Of a DNA stretch of 64,000 nt, positions 1-16,135 are shown piece after piece. The stretch spans positions 66,588,001 through 66,652,000 of the forward strand of contig NC_043004.1 of the NCBI RefSeq assembly GCF_006345805.1, given 5' to 3'. Below the pieces are notes generated by a model. It was not told where the DNA came from and did no database searches. It saw only the letters and a program-made list of their open reading frames with translations. The first letter of the stretch is position 1, and each line of letters starts with the position of its first letter. A program made the position numbers and the translations under genes. The DNA comes from Octopus sinensis. Its lineage: Eukaryota.

Positions 1-1062
1 TATCTGGGTTTTATCAACTTATTTTTTTCCCGAGGCACCCGCAGATAGCAGTAAAAATCAATTTTCAGCCTTAGTTTTTAGCGGTAAAAATCTATTTTCA
101 GCCACAGCTTTTACCTATTTTGAAGGTTGAAACATGAGTTAAGTCCCTTCTAGCCATAGCTAAGCGAAAGTGTGTATGTGTGGGAGAGAGGGAGAAGTTG
201 TGCGTTGATGTATGTGTGTGTGTGTGTGCATGTGAGAGAGAGAGAGAGAGTGTTTCGCAGCGTATAACAAAAATAGTAAAGAAAAAATATGAGTAAGGAA
301 GACTGGGAGATAGTTTGAAAGCGTCTAACAACAAAAAAAGGTAAAGAAAAGTGGAAGAGAGGCAGAGAGTTTCAAAGAGTCTAAACAAAAAAGGGAAAGA
401 CAAAGTGAGTGAGAGAGAGTGAGACAGAGGGGGAGTGAGAGAGTAATTGACGACGTTCATAGAAAATAAAATGTAAAATGTTTTGTTTTTTCTTGAACAC
501 GAGATATAGTGTTCAAATTTAGGATGTTTTTGAAAGACACTATATTTCATAATCATAGTATATATACTTTCTCACACAACAATTGCAATATATTTATTTT
601 AAATCATTTACTTATTTTAAATCCGTCATCCCCCCTCTCACACACATTTCTTTGTGTGCGAAAGAGTTTTGTTTGTATTTTACGCCGAGTAAAAAAAAAT
701 GTTTTGTTGAGAATCCATTTATTTAACAACAATATAAATGGGTACACTTTCCGAGGCTTCCACCACACTCCAATCCGTTTCATGGACCACAAAATGGGAT
801 TTGTAGCATATTAGGAGGCCAGAGTAGTTGCTTCCAACCAAAGAAAAAAAACGTGCGAGTGTTAATCTAGAAATCTAACATTTTTTCCATTCATTTCTGT
901 TTATGAAAATGCGTGCACAAAATATGCAATAGGTGTACGTACGTGCGTGTGTGTATGTGTGTTCGTGTGTGTTGCCCATATATATTTATATTCTATTATA
1001 TTATATGAATATATATATATATATATATATACATATATAATGTATATATATATATATAATGT

Positions 1063-1108
<46 letters not shown>

Positions 1109-1114
<6 letters not shown>

Positions 1115-1295
1115 TATATAGAAGGTGCTTCTACAGGACTAGAACTGTTTCATTCAAGAGAAATCTTCAGGAAGATTACTCTTGAATGAAACAGTTCTAG
1201 TCCTGTAGAAGCTCCTTCTATATAATAAATTAATTTTACTCTGCTATGTATTGAGTACCTTATTTACTGTGGTTAACCCCGAATCAACCCGGGAC

Positions 1296-1300
<5 letters not shown>
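1109..1300. mobile_element. Fold-back element (inverted 5' copy plus direct copy) between two (TA)n tracts; Penelope-like pseudo-LTR candidate
   Basis: 1109-1168 is the near-perfect reverse complement of 1171-1230. The centre reads TCTTCAG-GAAGA (reverse complement of CTGAAGA), with GAAAC at 1188-1192. Unique tail to ~1300, then (TA)n. Confidence 0.6.
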
Positions 1301-1336
<36 letters not shown>

Positions 1337-1369
1337 ATATTATATATATGTATGAAAACCAATTTCAAT

Positions 1370-1420
1370 GGATCTCGCCCAAATATGACGTCGAGCAAGG
1401 CCGGGTTATACAGCTAGTAT
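1370..1420 (-). mobile_element. 5' end fragment of a Helentron/DINE-1-like non-autonomous element
   Basis: Minus strand reads ATACTAGCTGTATAACCCGGCCTTGCTCG, the same start motif as 49512 (TACTAGCACTATCAGCCGGTGTTGCTTGGG). Confidence 0.35.
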
Positions 1421-2417
1421 TTTATAATGCTTCATTGTTTTTGGGAGTTTTGGCTGGACGCTTTATTACTCTTTCTGTATCTTTCTGTTAAAGACGTACA
1501 GAAGTTTGGATATTTACATAGACAAAAGAGAGAAAAGAGAGAGTGAGAGGGAGAGAGTGTGTTTGTGAATGAGAGAGAGAGACAGACAGACAGAGGGGGT
1601 GGATAGAGAGAGAAAGTAAAGAAGAGAGAAATAGACCAGGGAGAGAGAGAAAGAAAGAAATACTGTGTGTGATGCATGAAGCATAGCAGTACTTCTGTCA
1701 GGTTCAGGGACCATTTAATCGGCATTTTCCTGTGTTGTTTAACATTGCCTATCCTATAAATATGTATAATTCTGACCTCAATACAGATTTCTGATACATA
1801 TTGTAATGTTTTTGTTCAATACTTTGGGATAAGGATGTAGGAACATAATATAAATAGGTCATCTTATCTTGGAATATGCACCGTCAAATCTTGTTTCGGT
1901 GAGAACAGGAGGCAGATCCAAAACTTTTCTCGGCGGAAATTTAGTTACGATCAATAATAATTTATTTAGATATCGCTTTGTATTCATGTTGATGAATGCT
2001 TGAGGTGGAAATTGAGTTAGGAAAGAGAATTTCCCATGAGATCAAACTAATTTGTGGGGAGGACTATACAAGTGGTTAGCTTTGTCCTTGGTGTGGAGGC
2101 GGATGAATGACGAAATGGCATTTAACCCGATGGCCAGTGAATTATCAATATCCAACGAAAAAATAGTAGCCACTTTTTGGCTATTTATAGTTGAGAAGAA
2201 ATAAGTCTGATATGGAATATTAAAATTTCTCAGACATAGACACAAACAAGCAGATATCTATGTATTTCTATATGCATGTGTGTATTTATGTGCAGACGCA
2301 CGCGCCTGTATTTGTAGTAATGCAATAATTCTGCTTTGGGAACATTGTATCTGAAAGAAAAGTATGCTATGAATAAGAGTGCGTAAATATTGTGTACAAA
2401 CCATTCTCAATATATGT

Positions 2418-2636
2418 ATGTGTGTGTATATGCTTGTGTGTCTGTGTTAACCCCCCCTCCCCAAAAAAAAAAAAACATCACTTGACAGCCGATGCTGGTG
2501 TGTTTACATCCCCGTAACTTAGCGATAAAAAAAGTACTAGGCTTACAAAGAATAAGTCCTGGAGTCGAATTGCTCGACTAAAGGCAGTGATCCAGCATGA
2601 CCACAGTCAAATGGCTGAAACAAGTAAAAGAGTAAA
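2418..2636 (+). mobile_element. SINE family A, 3' half only
   Basis: Matches the 3' halves at 13130-13305 and 16150-16320 (GGTGTGTTTACATCCCCGTAACTTAGCG...GAAACAAGTAAAAGAG). Confidence 0.8.
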
Positions 2637-3204
2637 GTTGAAGAATATATATTTTATTTTTCTTACAACTCGTGAGACTTCCATGGTTATTCAGTCAATT
2701 AATTTATAATAATGTTGTGATGCCCGTGTATAGGTTTTTACATCGATGCAAAACAAAGTGGGGATAGGAACAGCAGTTTAAAAAATGTCATGTTCTCTAA
2801 CGCAATCGATTTTTTTTGTTGCTGATATAGATTCCTTTATGTAAGGTTGTCATCGAGGCATTCTTACAGAACATAAAATGAAATATATCAAATTTATAAT
2901 AAACTCATAACATACCGATAACTAATATATATCTAAAAACTTATCCTTGTCGTATAGGTTCTCCACCTGATTATTAGATTATTAAGAGAAAATATATATT
3001 TTTGAAATTGAACAGAATTATGTTGTGTCAAAGAGATTACGTTTCATATAGCAGCAGCATTTATGAATGAAATCCTTTGATATTTAATTACAAATACAAA
3101 AAGAGAACAGCGCCTGTGCAAATTGATGATGCTTTGACGTGGGGAATGTTAATAAATCTAATTTCAATGAAGCTCGCATCAACGAAAGCAACATAGGGTG
3201 TTGT

Positions 3205-3505
3205 GGAAGCACATAGCCTAGTGGTTAGAGCAGCGGACTCACGGTCGAGGGATCGCGGGTTCGAATCTCAGACCAAGTGATGTGTGTGTTTATGAGCGAA
3301 ACACCTAGGCTCCATGCAGCTCCGGCAGAAGATAATGGCGAACTTCTGCTGACTCTTTCACCACAAGTTTCTCTCACTCTTTCCTCCTGCATCTTGCAGC
3401 TCACCTGCGACGGACCGGCGTCCCGTCCAGGTGGAGAACCTATACGACAAGGAAACCGGGAAACCGGCCTTTATGAGCCGGGCATGGCTCGAGAAGGAAC
3501 AAACA
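3205..3505 (+). mobile_element. tRNA-derived SINE (family C-type head, different body)
   Basis: A-box-like TAGCCTAGTGGTTAG and B-box-like GGTTCGAATCT. The head resembles the minus-strand copies at 6192 and 32088. Confidence 0.75.
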
Positions 3506-4599
3506 TAATGCGTTCCATAGGATTGCATTGCTACATGACGTCTGTCCAAAGTGTAGCTGTTTTCAGTCCCTATTACTTATGTTAAATTGCTTCTATATAA
3601 AGGGACATTTTCTTCAGGAACAGATTGAGTGGTCGTCTATTGGGCAGCTTTCGATTCACAAGCTCGCTTCCCCAGGAATGTTTGTACTAATCGTTCCTGT
3701 ATATTCTATCTTCTGATAAAGTTCTCCTCAAATAAGTTCTGCGCTAAACGTATTGGAAGAATATCACAGAAATATGTTGAAGAAATTAACATTCCTAAAC
3801 TATTAAACACCGACTGCAACACATTGTTCCAAGGTGCCACGTTTCTCTTCATGCATTTCTTCCTTCGGTTAATGGTTAACAATGAGTTACGCTGGTCAAA
3901 ATATCTATCTACTACTTATAATAGTACTTGGAGGGCAGTGTTGTTGGTAATGGCGATCAGTAACAGAAGCTGGTGTTTCTCAAGAACGTTAATATGGAAT
4001 TTGTTTATCCCATAGAACGGCGTTAATTGATTGTTGGTTAACCATGATAGAGCAGATTGAGTATGAAATTTATTTAATCATCTACACTCCTGCGCAAATG
4101 GGCAAATGTGACAGGTACAAACATATACTCTGTATCACTTTATATTCGCAGGTTTCCAAATCAACGTACTGAAAAAATGATGGACATCGTTGAATGTAAC
4201 GGAGAACATTCTTCCGAGTGGATTTCAGTTAAATTTACATTTAAATACATCTTCGACTGATACTAATGTAATTCGCATCACATTTCTGGAATAAAATACC
4301 TAGTGACAGCTATGTCATCAGTTGGGTTTGCGTGTTTCGGATATGATTGCAGGAGAGAAAGGGGGAAACTTTTTTACTCCATCCTAACCTTCACTGAATC
4401 ATCAACCACAAAACACATTCATTATGAAAACGGTGTTCTGCCATCCAGTAATTTTGTTGAGTAGAATGTAAGAGAGGTGAGAAGAGTCTGAAGATGCCAG
4501 GGTACGCTAACAATACAGTCGTACCTCATGGTAAGATTCAAGTTTTAATGTCATGTCATTGCCATGGATACGTATTTTTGTTCCTTGTTCTTATTGAGT

Positions 4600-5850
4600 C
4601 AAAATGACGCAAAGAATCTTAGACAGCATCTTCACGAACCAAACTGCTCGCCGCCTTATGTTCTGGCAGTAAAACTGATTTCAAATTTTAGCACAAGTGC
4701 AGGGATGGCAATGAGTCCATTATATCGACCCAATGTTCAGCTGGTACTTATTTTATCGAACTTTATTTAACATAGCTTCTGTTATCATTTTCCATTTCTT
4801 TCTTTTTGCCGAAATAAAGACTGTATGTGCTCTTTGCTTTCATGTTTCTCACCTGTTCTGTTGTAACCGTACCAAGACGCAGGCAAATAAAGTAATTATA
4901 AATATAATGATTTCCAATATAATTAGCCAAACCACTGCCAATATGATCATCTTAATGAAGGCCATGATGGCTACGATAATGATGCTGAGTCAGTATTGAA
5001 GATGATGAAGTGGAGGCGTTTGAGATTTTGAAGTTGATGTTGATCGCGATTATACACATCATCATTAACATAATTTGATTAGGATGAATAAAAGTAGAAG
5101 CGTCAGCTGCAGAAGCTCACAGCTGTTCTGGCAATAATATTGACCCCCAGCGCTCAACTGATAATTATGTTATCGAACCCGAAATGATGAAGAGATAAGT
5201 CAACCTCGGTAGAATTCCAGTTCAGAACGTGATGACGGAAAAAGATGACGCAAAGAAGTTTGTACGGCATGCTGACGATCGAACCTGCTCGCTGTCTTAT
5301 GTTCTGGTAGTAAAATTGATTTCAAAGTTTGTTTCAAAGGTAGGTTGGAGATGAGTCCATTATATCGACACAAATGTTCAACTGGTGCTTATTTTATCGA
5401 GACCGAAATGATGAATTGTAAAGTCAATTCCGGTGGCATTTGAACCTAGAATGTAAAGTCGGAAGAAATACTACTAAAGTTTTTTTCCCGGTGCGGTAAC
5501 GATACTGCCAGATCACCGCTTTATGTCCTGATAGTAATATTTGTTTTAGATTTTGGCACTAGGCCAGCAAATTTTGGTGGAGTGCTAAAGTCGATTAAAC
5601 CAGCCCCGGTGCTCCACTGGAATTTATTTTATCGACCTCAAAATTTAAAAAAATGGAGGCAAGGCATAGTTAAATTCCCAAAACTAAATGGATTAAAGGC
5701 AAGGTAGAATTTCAATGTAAACCGTCAAGACAGAGGAAATACCGCTAAGCATTTTGTCAGGGGCGCCAACAATTCTTCCAGCACGCTACCCTTACGTTCT
5801 GAGTTCAAATTTCGCCGAGGTCGAATTTGCTTTTTATCCTTTCGGGACCG
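4600..5850 (-). mobile_element. Cluster of decayed SINE family B copies, mostly head-to-tail on the minus strand, plus a short plus-strand piece at ~5790-5850
   Basis: Repeated motifs GGTACTTATTTTATCGA, AAAGTCAA..CGG.GG.ATTTGAAC and CTGCTCGCCGCC, homologous to the intact copy at 21184-21409. Confidence 0.7.
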
Positions 5851-5907
5851 AGAAATACGTTCGAAATGGTTGACCATGTGTCAAAATTGGAAACATCTAT
5901 ATCAATA

Positions 5908-6192
5908 GACAGACCAGGCTATCAGATGTTGCTACACATCGCTGGTCACAAAGCGCTTCACATTGTTTTAGCCTTCAAATGACGCCACCTCGCTGGCTAA
6001 GCGAGCTGGCCAACAGAAGAAAGAGTGAGAGAAAGTCGTGCCGAAAGAGTATAGCAGGGATCGCCACAACCCCCTGCCTGAGTCTCGTGGATCTTAGCGG
6101 TTTTCGTTCAATAAACTCTCGGTCTGGGAATCAAAACCGCGACCCTACGAACGCGAGTCCGCTGCCCTAGCCACTGGGCCATAGCGCCTCCA
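5908..6192 (-). mobile_element. tRNA-derived SINE family C
   Basis: Minus strand begins GGAGGCGCTATGGCCCAGTGGCTAGGGCAGCGGACTCGCG..GGTTTTGATTCCCAGACC. Colinear with 31790-32088. Confidence 0.85.
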
Positions 6193-6659
6193 ACAATAGT
6201 AATATTCATAAGAATATCAGTATTAGTATTATTATTACTAGTACATGATACAGTTGCAATATCTTGAATAATAATAATAGTAATAGTAGTAGTAGTAGAA
6301 GTAGTAGAAGTGATGGTAGTAGTAATAAAAGTAGTAGTAGTAGTAGTAGTTGTTGTTGTTGTTGTATTAGTATTAGTAGTAGTAGTAGTTGTTGTTGCTT
6401 TTGTCGTTGTTGTTGCTTAGTTAAATGTTCATATAACTGTGTACTAAATCTTAAGTTTAAATGTTCTGATGCATTAGATATTTCGTTGGAACCTTAAATT
6501 GTTTATTACGTTAAATTTTAATAGGTGTCGAACACTATTATTACAACAACAACTACAACAGCAGCAATCACATTCATGATGATGAAGCTGATAAGATGTA
6601 ATAATACTCATGAGGAGAAATATAACAGTAATAGGTATATTATTGATTATAATAAAAAT

Positions 6660-8127
<1,468 letters not shown>

Positions 8128-8712
8128 ATCACGAGCAGAAGTAGTGGGGGAGCATCAAATCACGAGCAGAAGTAGTGGGGGAGCATCAAATCACGAGCAG
8201 AAGTAGTGGGGGAGCACAAAAGTGTTATCATGTACAGTGTTTTGTCTTGGTATAAAAGATGGGCTACAGCAAATATTCTGCTCAATACCACAGATTTGCT
8301 TGTCAGTTGTTTGACCTTAACCAGTTGAGCATGTCCCTTAGTGGCTGACGATATGTGCATCTCTATCACGAGCATAAGTAGTGGGGGAGCATCATAGCCA
8401 TGTGTTGAGAGGCATGCTTGGGGTTTGAATAGTTCACCTCTGGAAACATGGTGGTTCTTTCAACATCCTTAAACAACCCTTATTCGGGACCGTTTGAGCG
8501 GGATGGGCTACTCAACCTGAAGAAAATTCAAACTGGGCCCCACCTGCAAGGTCATGTGCTGTTTATCTTGATATGAGATCACCATGTCGCGCACATATGG
8601 TTGTGATGCATGTGCCTGGTGTACCTTTATCAGACGGGTAGTCATGATGGGTATTGGGCTTCGTATATTTTACCCCAGTGTCACTTGATGGCATGAACTG
8701 CTCTCTCACTCA
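8128..8712 (+). mobile_element. (TAA)n-flanked interspersed repeat family D, with three 31-bp tandem copies of an internal segment at its 5' end
   Basis: Homologous to 18522-18855 (+) and 46790-47305 (-). ATCACGAGCAGAAGTAGTGGGGGAGCATCAA occurs at 8128, 8159 and 8190; its source is at ~8366. Confidence 0.8.
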
Positions 8713-8768
8713 ATATAATAGTAATAATAATAATAATAATAATAGTAATAATAATAATAATAATAATC

Positions 8769-8805
<37 letters not shown>

Positions 8806-8852
8806 TAATATAATAAAATAATAATAATAGTAATAATAATATAATAATAATA

Positions 8853-8893
<41 letters not shown>

Positions 8894-8910
8894 GTAAAAA
8901 TAATAGTAAA

Positions 8911-8949
<39 letters not shown>

Positions 8950-9095
8950 TATAATAGTAGTAATAATAATAATAGTAACGATAAAAATAATAATAGTAGT
9001 ATAATAATAGTAGTAGTAATAATAATAATAGTAGTAGTAATATAATAATAATATTAATGATGATGATGATGATGATGATGATAATGATGATGATG

Positions 9096-9127
<32 letters not shown>

Positions 9128-9270
9128 AATAATAATAATAATAATAAATAATAATAATAGTAATAATATAATAATAATAATATAATAATAATAATAATAA
9201 TATAATAATAATAGTAATAATAATAATAATAATATAATAATAATAATAATAATAATAATATAATAATAAT

Positions 9271-9301
<31 letters not shown>

Positions 9302-9357
9302 TAATAATAATAATATTAATAATAATAATAATAATAATAATAAAAATAATGATGATG

Positions 9358-9408
<51 letters not shown>

Positions 9409-9435
9409 TTAATAATAATGATAATAATAATAATA
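8713..9435. repeat. (TAA)n/(GAT)n compound microsatellite
   Basis: Direct inspection. Confidence 0.95.
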
Positions 9436-9749
9436 GATTTTTCATTTTCGATATTAATGTCATCAATTTTGGTTTCGCTTATATCGCTGATATTCTTGGT
9501 ATATACATTGTTGTTATCACCGGCAAACCAGCAGAACATAAAATGAACTAAATGAAATAAATAAGAAATATTCAGTACTACAGAAATAATCAAAATGTCT
9601 GAGGAAAAACATATATTTAGATTCTTAAGAAAAATATCGTTTATAATTGTGCAAATTTCAAAAGCATCACGGTGTGTCAAAGAGATCACATGTCAATCGA
9701 CGGCATCATTTATGAATACAATCCATTGATATTTGATTGCCAATAGGAT

Positions 9750-10850
<1,101 letters not shown>

Positions 10851-11089
10851 TGTGTGTGTGTGTGTATTCCTTTCAAAAAGTAAATGAATACACTTTAATG
10901 ACGTTGAAAGACGAAGAATTCATTTCTTTTCATAAGTTATACGTGCTCGATGGAATATGTCTGACAATATCCATTAAGTCTGGGAATATGATCATGATGT
11001 TTTTCGTAATGACATACACACACGCACACAGACACAGACACATAAACAGAAACATATACATTTTGATATTATGCTTGTATATATTACAT

Positions 11090-11121
<32 letters not shown>

Positions 11122-11311
11122 GTGTGTGTGTGTGTATACATTTCTATATACATTCATACATACGAATATACATATATATATATATATATACATGTATATA
11201 TGTATATATATATATATATATATTTATATGTAGATAGAGAGATGCATTTATATACATATTTATATATATATGTATATATGTATGTATATTTATATATATA
11301 TATATATATTA

Positions 11312-11360
<49 letters not shown>

Positions 11361-11471
11361 GTATGTCTGTGTGTGTGTGTTGTGTTATATAGAGAGATGC
11401 GTGTTTTCGTGTGTTTATTGAAATAATATTTTATGATGATAATAATAATAGTAATAACAATAATAATAATA

Positions 11472-11502
<31 letters not shown>

Positions 11503-11519
11503 AATAATAATAATATATT

Positions 11520-11615
<96 letters not shown>

Positions 11616-11886
11616 TATAATGGTTGATATTATTTTCATTATTCTTATTATCGTTATCGTGTTGTTTATGCTTATGAAAACGTTAACAGAAATGAAGTAC
11701 AACTATGATGCAATCAAAATATCGTCATCACAAGGATTATGATGATGAGATGAGCTGTATGCTGATGGCGTTAAGGACACTTATGAACATCTTCACGATG
11801 ATAGTTATACTAAAAAGAACTCTATGAGTCCTGAATTATAATGCCATCCATCACATATTATCATAATCTTTTTGATATTTACGTTG

Positions 11887-12430
11887 GTACCAGCAAAACG
11901 CCCCCGTCCAATCGACGGTGCTGAATTGTCGAACATTTAAACCAAATTTCCTCAAAACAACTTGTCCGACCGTCTCATACGCCTCCTCTTTGAGAAACAC
12001 AGATTTAACCTAAATTTGAGACACCAGGAAAAGGAGACGTAAAGATAGATTTTTTCTATTCCAAAGTAAAACGATTTTATTCACACAACTATGCAACCGA
12101 AGAGTTTAAAGTACCAGTAATGATAAGCCTGTGGACTGGGAGAACACAAACCTGATTTAAACAGTAAGCTGGCAAGAAAGAAATGTACCTTTAAGCAGTA
12201 CACAAACAGCAGTTATGTACAGCTTGACGGAAGAAAAGCAGGGCAAAAACAGCTTTATTGATCCCATTCTCACCTGGAATCGAAGTTTGTAATTTTTGCA
12301 AGACTTATACACGACCTGATACCGTCGGTATCTACATATCAAATCTGAGCGCAATCGGGTGGAGGATGCCCGAGATCCTAGACGACACACACACACACAG
12401 ATAGACAGAACAGATTTTATATAATAGATT
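11887..12430 (+). mobile_element. Helentron/DINE-1-like non-autonomous element
   Basis: Starts ACCAGCAAAACGCCCCCGTCC (ACTAG-like). Ends with a (CA)/(GATA) tract plus TTTTATATAATAGATT, like the ends at 49903 and 50010. Confidence 0.45.
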
Positions 12431-12885
12431 TTGCATTTTATTTATTGCGTTTTGCGTCCATCCTTTATTTAATCCACCTCTAATATTTTTTTGTTGTCTT
12501 CCATTCTATTTTTTGACTGCCATTCCATTTATTGGCTTCCGTTCTTTGCACTATCCCTAATATACTAATAAATGTCATGAATAATATTAACACGAAATTA
12601 TGAAATACGACGATGACAACAGCAACGTTTTCTGATTTAAAAACAAGGTCAAATATTGTAGATTGTATGTTGGTTGTTGATACCATCAGTAGCAGTATTT
12701 CACTGGTACCATATTTTACATGTCTCAGAAGGATGGAGTTCATTGCTAATATCGCTGGATTTGAACTCAGAACGTAACCTGCCTGAATTACTGAAAGGAA
12801 TATTTACCGATGCACTAAGATTGGTTAGAATGATGATGGCAGTAAATGAAGCTAGGGACAAATTAGATGATGGTTACAAACAGGT

Positions 12886-13027
12886 GTAGGTGTAGGAGTG
12901 GCTGTATGGTAAGTATATTGCTTACGAACCACATGGTGCCGGGTTCAGGCCCACTGCTACTATATCCTCGAGCCGACCAAAGCCTTGTGATTGGATTTGG
13001 TAGACTGAAACTGAAAGAAGCCCGTCG

Positions 13028-13058
<31 letters not shown>

Positions 13059-13071
13059 TATATATATAAAT

Positions 13072-13128
<57 letters not shown>

Positions 13129-13308
13129 CGCTTGACAACCGATTCTGGTGTGTTTACGTCCCCGTAACTTAGCGGTTCGGCAAAATAGACCGATATAATA
13201 TGTACTAGGCTTACAAAGAATAAGTCCTGGTGTCGAATTGTTCGACTAAATGCAGTGTTCCAGCATGGCCACAGTCAAATGACTGAAACAATTAAAAGAG
13301 TAAAATAG
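12886..13308 (+). mobile_element. Bipartite tRNA-derived SINE family A with a central (TA)n(TG)n spacer
   Basis: Head GTAGGAGTGGCTGT.TGGTAAG...GGTTCAG.CCCACTG, TA/TG spacer, then the conserved 3' half. Several copies in the window. Confidence 0.85.
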
Positions 13309-15547
13309 TGCGTATGTGTGTGTATGATACTATCCATGACAATTTTTCTTATGTAAAATAATCATGTCTTTCTATATTTGCGCCACACTCTTAATATATC
13401 AACCATTCTATTTTATTGCTACGCTAATGAGATATTTTAACTGCTAGACATAGCTTTAAAATCTAGGAGAAAGTTTTATTTACAGTAAAAATATACTATA
13501 TAATATTTTCAGGCTTCTATTTCTTGTATAATAAATGAGATATGAAACTTCGTTATATTTATCTCTGTTTAACCTCCACTCAGCTCTGAATGAGCAGATC
13601 TATGATGAAACAGCTTGACTGTTTACGCTCTTCCTCCGGTATTAGACTGTCATACATCATATTGTCCAATAGGCCTTATTTTTTTTTATCTCTAAGGGAG
13701 TTGGGTAAGATCTGTCAGAGATTTCTTTCCTATTAGTAGCTGAAGACTTGGCATAGTAGTTATTCTCCTTATAATTCTTGAAGATAATTTTTTTAACGAA
13801 TCGATTATTTTTCCCAGTTATCACTGAATTTTAATTATTCAAAATACAGAACCATTTATTTTGTAGTCTCATTTCATGTTTGAAACTTTTACATCAGTTT
13901 CTAGCCAACTCATATTTGTTCACTACCACATTTCCAGGAATCTAAAAGCTAATTTTTACAACTCTTATTCTATTCCCTAATGACTACGTTATATGTAACT
14001 ACATCGTATTGGAATATCTTGCATTGCATTTAAGTCTATAGACATTTGTTGTCGATCTCAGAAGTTTGTTCTGTAATATCCATATTATATCTTGATTTTA
14101 GATACATCACAAAATGACAAAGCAAAAAGCGCCGTATCATATGATTTCCTTGGCTATTCCAGATCTATGTCTCATTTTAAATTTCAAAATACATTTTTAT
14201 TGAATAATCATCAATTTTATTGGTCAGAAATCGGTTGTGAACTTCGCACTTTCTAAAATACTCTACAAACGTTGCTCTATTATATGCTGTTATTTTTAAC
14301 ACAACAAATGTGAACTCTCGTTTCGTACACTACAGGTCTCCTAAAAACACACTTGTCTCATTTTTTTTCTATTAGTCAACCACCCATAGTCCACATCCAG
14401 TTCTCACCTTAACTACTTTCGTAACACTTTTCCACCACCAAAATTTACGACCTCAACTTTCCTCCTTGTTTATGTTTCCCTGTAGCAGCTGAGTTTCAGC
14501 AGAGGATGACCAACAATTATCGCTATTTTCTCAACCTAGTAGTAGATTTCTGTTTTTCTATTTTTCTTACGTACTTTCCTAATAACTCCTTTCTGTACAT
14601 TTGAACAAGTAAAGGTGACTTCGGCTGTTTTATACATGACGGTGTGTTATAAACCTGTTAATATATATATATTGCCCTCATTCTTACTTCCATTTATAGT
14701 TAGATATAGATACCTGCCAGTACAAAACAATATTATATAAAACCAAAAGCAGGTAGAAAACTAGAAAACAAAAAGAGCTGTATTGTACGATTTTCTTAGA
14801 TATCCGAAGGGTTATTTCAGAGCTATGTTTCGTGCAGAATACGATCTGTGGCCTTGTTACATATTGCACGCTTGCTGCGCTGTATTATAACATTTGTGAG
14901 TTTATTTGTTTTGTGGGGCATATGTATGTTTTGTATTCCGTAACTAAGTTATCTATAACTTCTATATGCATTGTATTATTTTATTGCAGTATCACCATTG
15001 AGTTAATAAATCTCTGTTGTTGTACATTTGGAATTGAAGGCGCCTTGCTTGAAATATTGACCGTATCTAGCAGCACGTTATATTTTAGGATGTGTGAACC
15101 TCTTTACATTATAGTTTAAACTTTGTTTGCCATTACCAGTACACAAGGTATATTGAGTGTCATCTTCATTCCCATACATATCGTTTATCTCCATGACAAA
15201 AATTTTTTTTCGATGCTATAAGCAACGTCATCAAAATTGTTATCCTCATCACCATCAACAACAACATAGTTACCATCATCATCATCATCATCATTATTGA
15301 GTGAGAAATCAATGCATGCCATCAAAGTAACACAGAGGTAAAATACATCCATCATGTGCACAATATATCATGACTAAAATATATCTAGAATATCCATCAT
15401 GAATACCCGTCCGATAACGATAGACTATAACGATAACTATACATGCGTGACATGGTGATCTCATATCAAGATAAATAGCGCATGAGCTTGCCGGTGGGGC
15501 CCAGTTACAATTATCTTCCAGTAGAGTAGCCCATCCCATTCGAAATG

Positions 15548-15712
15548 TCCTCATCTTGTTAACACAACGTTTCTGTTGATATACTCTCCAGCCTCCATCA
15601 GGTATCTTGGAGAAATTTCGAACCTGGCTTCTCCTAACGTATATAGCGAAGTGGTTAAGAGCACGGGCTACTAAGCCCAAGATTCACAGTTGGATTGCAG
15701 GCAATGACCTGA
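15548..15712. mobile_element. Composite of SINE family E: hammerhead-like tail on minus (15548-15630) fused to a tRNA-like head on plus (15640-15712), followed by (TAA)n
   Basis: The tail is homologous to 52880-53000 and 58020-58140. The head TAGCGAAGTGGTTAAGAGCACGGGCTACTAA...GACCTGAATAAT is homologous to the reverse complement of 53050-53128. Confidence 0.7.
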
Positions 15713-15811
15713 ATAATAATAGTAATAATAATAATAATGATAATAATAATGATAATAATGATAGTAATAATAACTAATAATAATAATATAATAATAATAA
15801 TAATAATAATA

Positions 15812-15890
<79 letters not shown>

Positions 15891-15892
<2 letters not shown>

Positions 15893-16086
15893 GGCGTAGG
15901 AGTGGCTGTGTGGTAAATAGCCTGCTTACGAACCACATGGTTCCGGGTTCAATTCCACTGCGTGGCACCTTGGGCAAGTGTCTTCTACTATAGTCTCGAG
16001 CCGAGCAAAGTCTTGTGAGTTGATTTGGTAGATTTGGTAGACCGACACTGAAAGTATCCCGTCGCGTATATATATATATATATATA

Positions 16087-16135
<49 letters not shown>

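Noticed and set aside
3205-3275. tRNA gene (also 6120-6192, 32020-32088, 53050-53128)
   Set aside because: A/B boxes are present but there is no closed cloverleaf or acceptor stem, and each continues into a repeated body; these are SINE heads.
3557-3620. Minus-strand CTGAAGA...GTCCCT/AGGGAC...GAAA hammerhead-like match
   Set aside because: No stem III or NUH, and no stem I partner in register; likely chance.
3629-4075. 128-aa plus-strand ORF and a stop-poor minus-strand frame in unique-looking sequence
   Set aside because: Hand translation of the six frames showed no recognisable motif, and the minus frame is interrupted by stops. It could be an old TE relic, but nothing supports a call.
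8128-8220. CRISPR-like 31-bp direct repeats
   Set aside because: The repeats are contiguous with no spacers, are copied from the interior of a eukaryotic repeat, and have no cas genes nearby.
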